Shown here: positions 63,525 through 64,000 of the stretch, piece by piece | How the letters are laid out: the number at the start of each line of letters is the position of its first letter | Numbering within the stretch: the first letter of the stretch is position 1 | NCBI RefSeq assembly: GCF_009834535.1 | Contig: NC_045697.1 | Span: forward strand, 82,338,001-82,402,000 | Length of the DNA: 64,000 nt | Source of the DNA: Camelus ferus | Lineage: Eukaryota | Direction of reading: 5' to 3' | Translations under genes and position numbers: made by a program | Notes under the pieces: generated by a model | Databases searched by the model: none | The model's input: only the letters and a program-made list of their open reading frames with translations | What the model was told of the DNA's origin: nothing

Positions 63525-64000
63525 TGGTGGGCTGAAAAATGTCCCTCCAAAGGATACACACCTCCCATTCCCTGGACTCTGTGAATGTGACTTTAACAAA
63601 AAGGAGGGCCTTTGCAGATGTATTACATAAAGGAGACTGGCATGGAGACTTTATCCTGAATTATCCCAAGTGCAATCACCCGTATCCTTATAAGAGGGAT
63701 GCAGAGAGGTATATTACACACTGACGCACAGAGGAATGTGTGATGTAACCACAAAGCAGAGACTGAAGTGATGTGACTGCAAGCCAAGGAGATCCAGCAG
63801 CCCCCCGAAGCTGGAAGATACAAGGAGCATATTCTCCCCTAGAACCTCCCCAGAGAGCACAGCCCTTCTGACACTACAGCTTCGGTCCAGTGATACTAAT
63901 TGTGGACTTCTGGTCTTCAGAGTTGTGAGAGAAAAAGCATTCTGTTGTTTTAAGGTTCCAAGGCTGTGGTAATGTTTTAGCACAGGTATAGAGAACTAAT
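63525..64000 (+). mobile_element. MLT1B/C-like MaLR solo LTR
   Basis: gtggtgggctgaaaaatgtccctccaaa...ctttgcagatgta...caagccaaggag...gaagctggaaga...ggacttctggtcttcagagttgtgagag...ttctgttgttttaag. Confidence 0.88.

Noticed and set aside
1..64000. CRISPR array, operon, defence or other prokaryotic system
   Set aside because: The sequence is mammalian and repeat-rich, with no regularly spaced direct repeats and no gene-dense ORF structure
1..64000. tRNA, rRNA, snRNA, 7SL/7SK, Y RNA or NUMT copies
   Set aside because: No recognisable matches on reading either strand; an Rfam/Infernal scan would be needed to exclude weak copies

Overview
Mammalian, AT-rich and repeat-dense genomic DNA. It is most likely camelid (alpaca/llama/camel), inferred from the 3' UTR style of the young L1s and the absence of recognisable lineage-specific tRNA SINEs. 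Much of the window is interspersed repeat: old and young LINE-1, L2, MIR, MaLR/ERVL and MER31-like LTR elements, and MER5A and MER2/Tigger DNA transposons. The main non-repeat landmark is a CpG-island promoter at ~37.7-38.4 kb followed by two + strand splice donors. This suggests a + strand gene with non-coding first exon(s) whose long first intron fills the rest of the window. A small orphan CpG island with CRE- and TATA-like motifs lies ~14 kb upstream. I cannot support any cellular protein-coding exon or name the gene. The listed ORFs are L1 fragments, GC-rich CpG-island artefacts or chance ORFs. There is no CRISPR, operon or other prokaryotic system here. The most notable items are a composite L1 with two tandem 5' UTR/ORF1 units, candidate exons including one exonised from an antisense L1 5' UTR, twin-primed inverted L1s, and a motif-dense hairpin/E-box element at ~62 kb. 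Repeat family names come from recalled consensus sequences, not a RepeatMasker run, and repeat boundaries are approximate.
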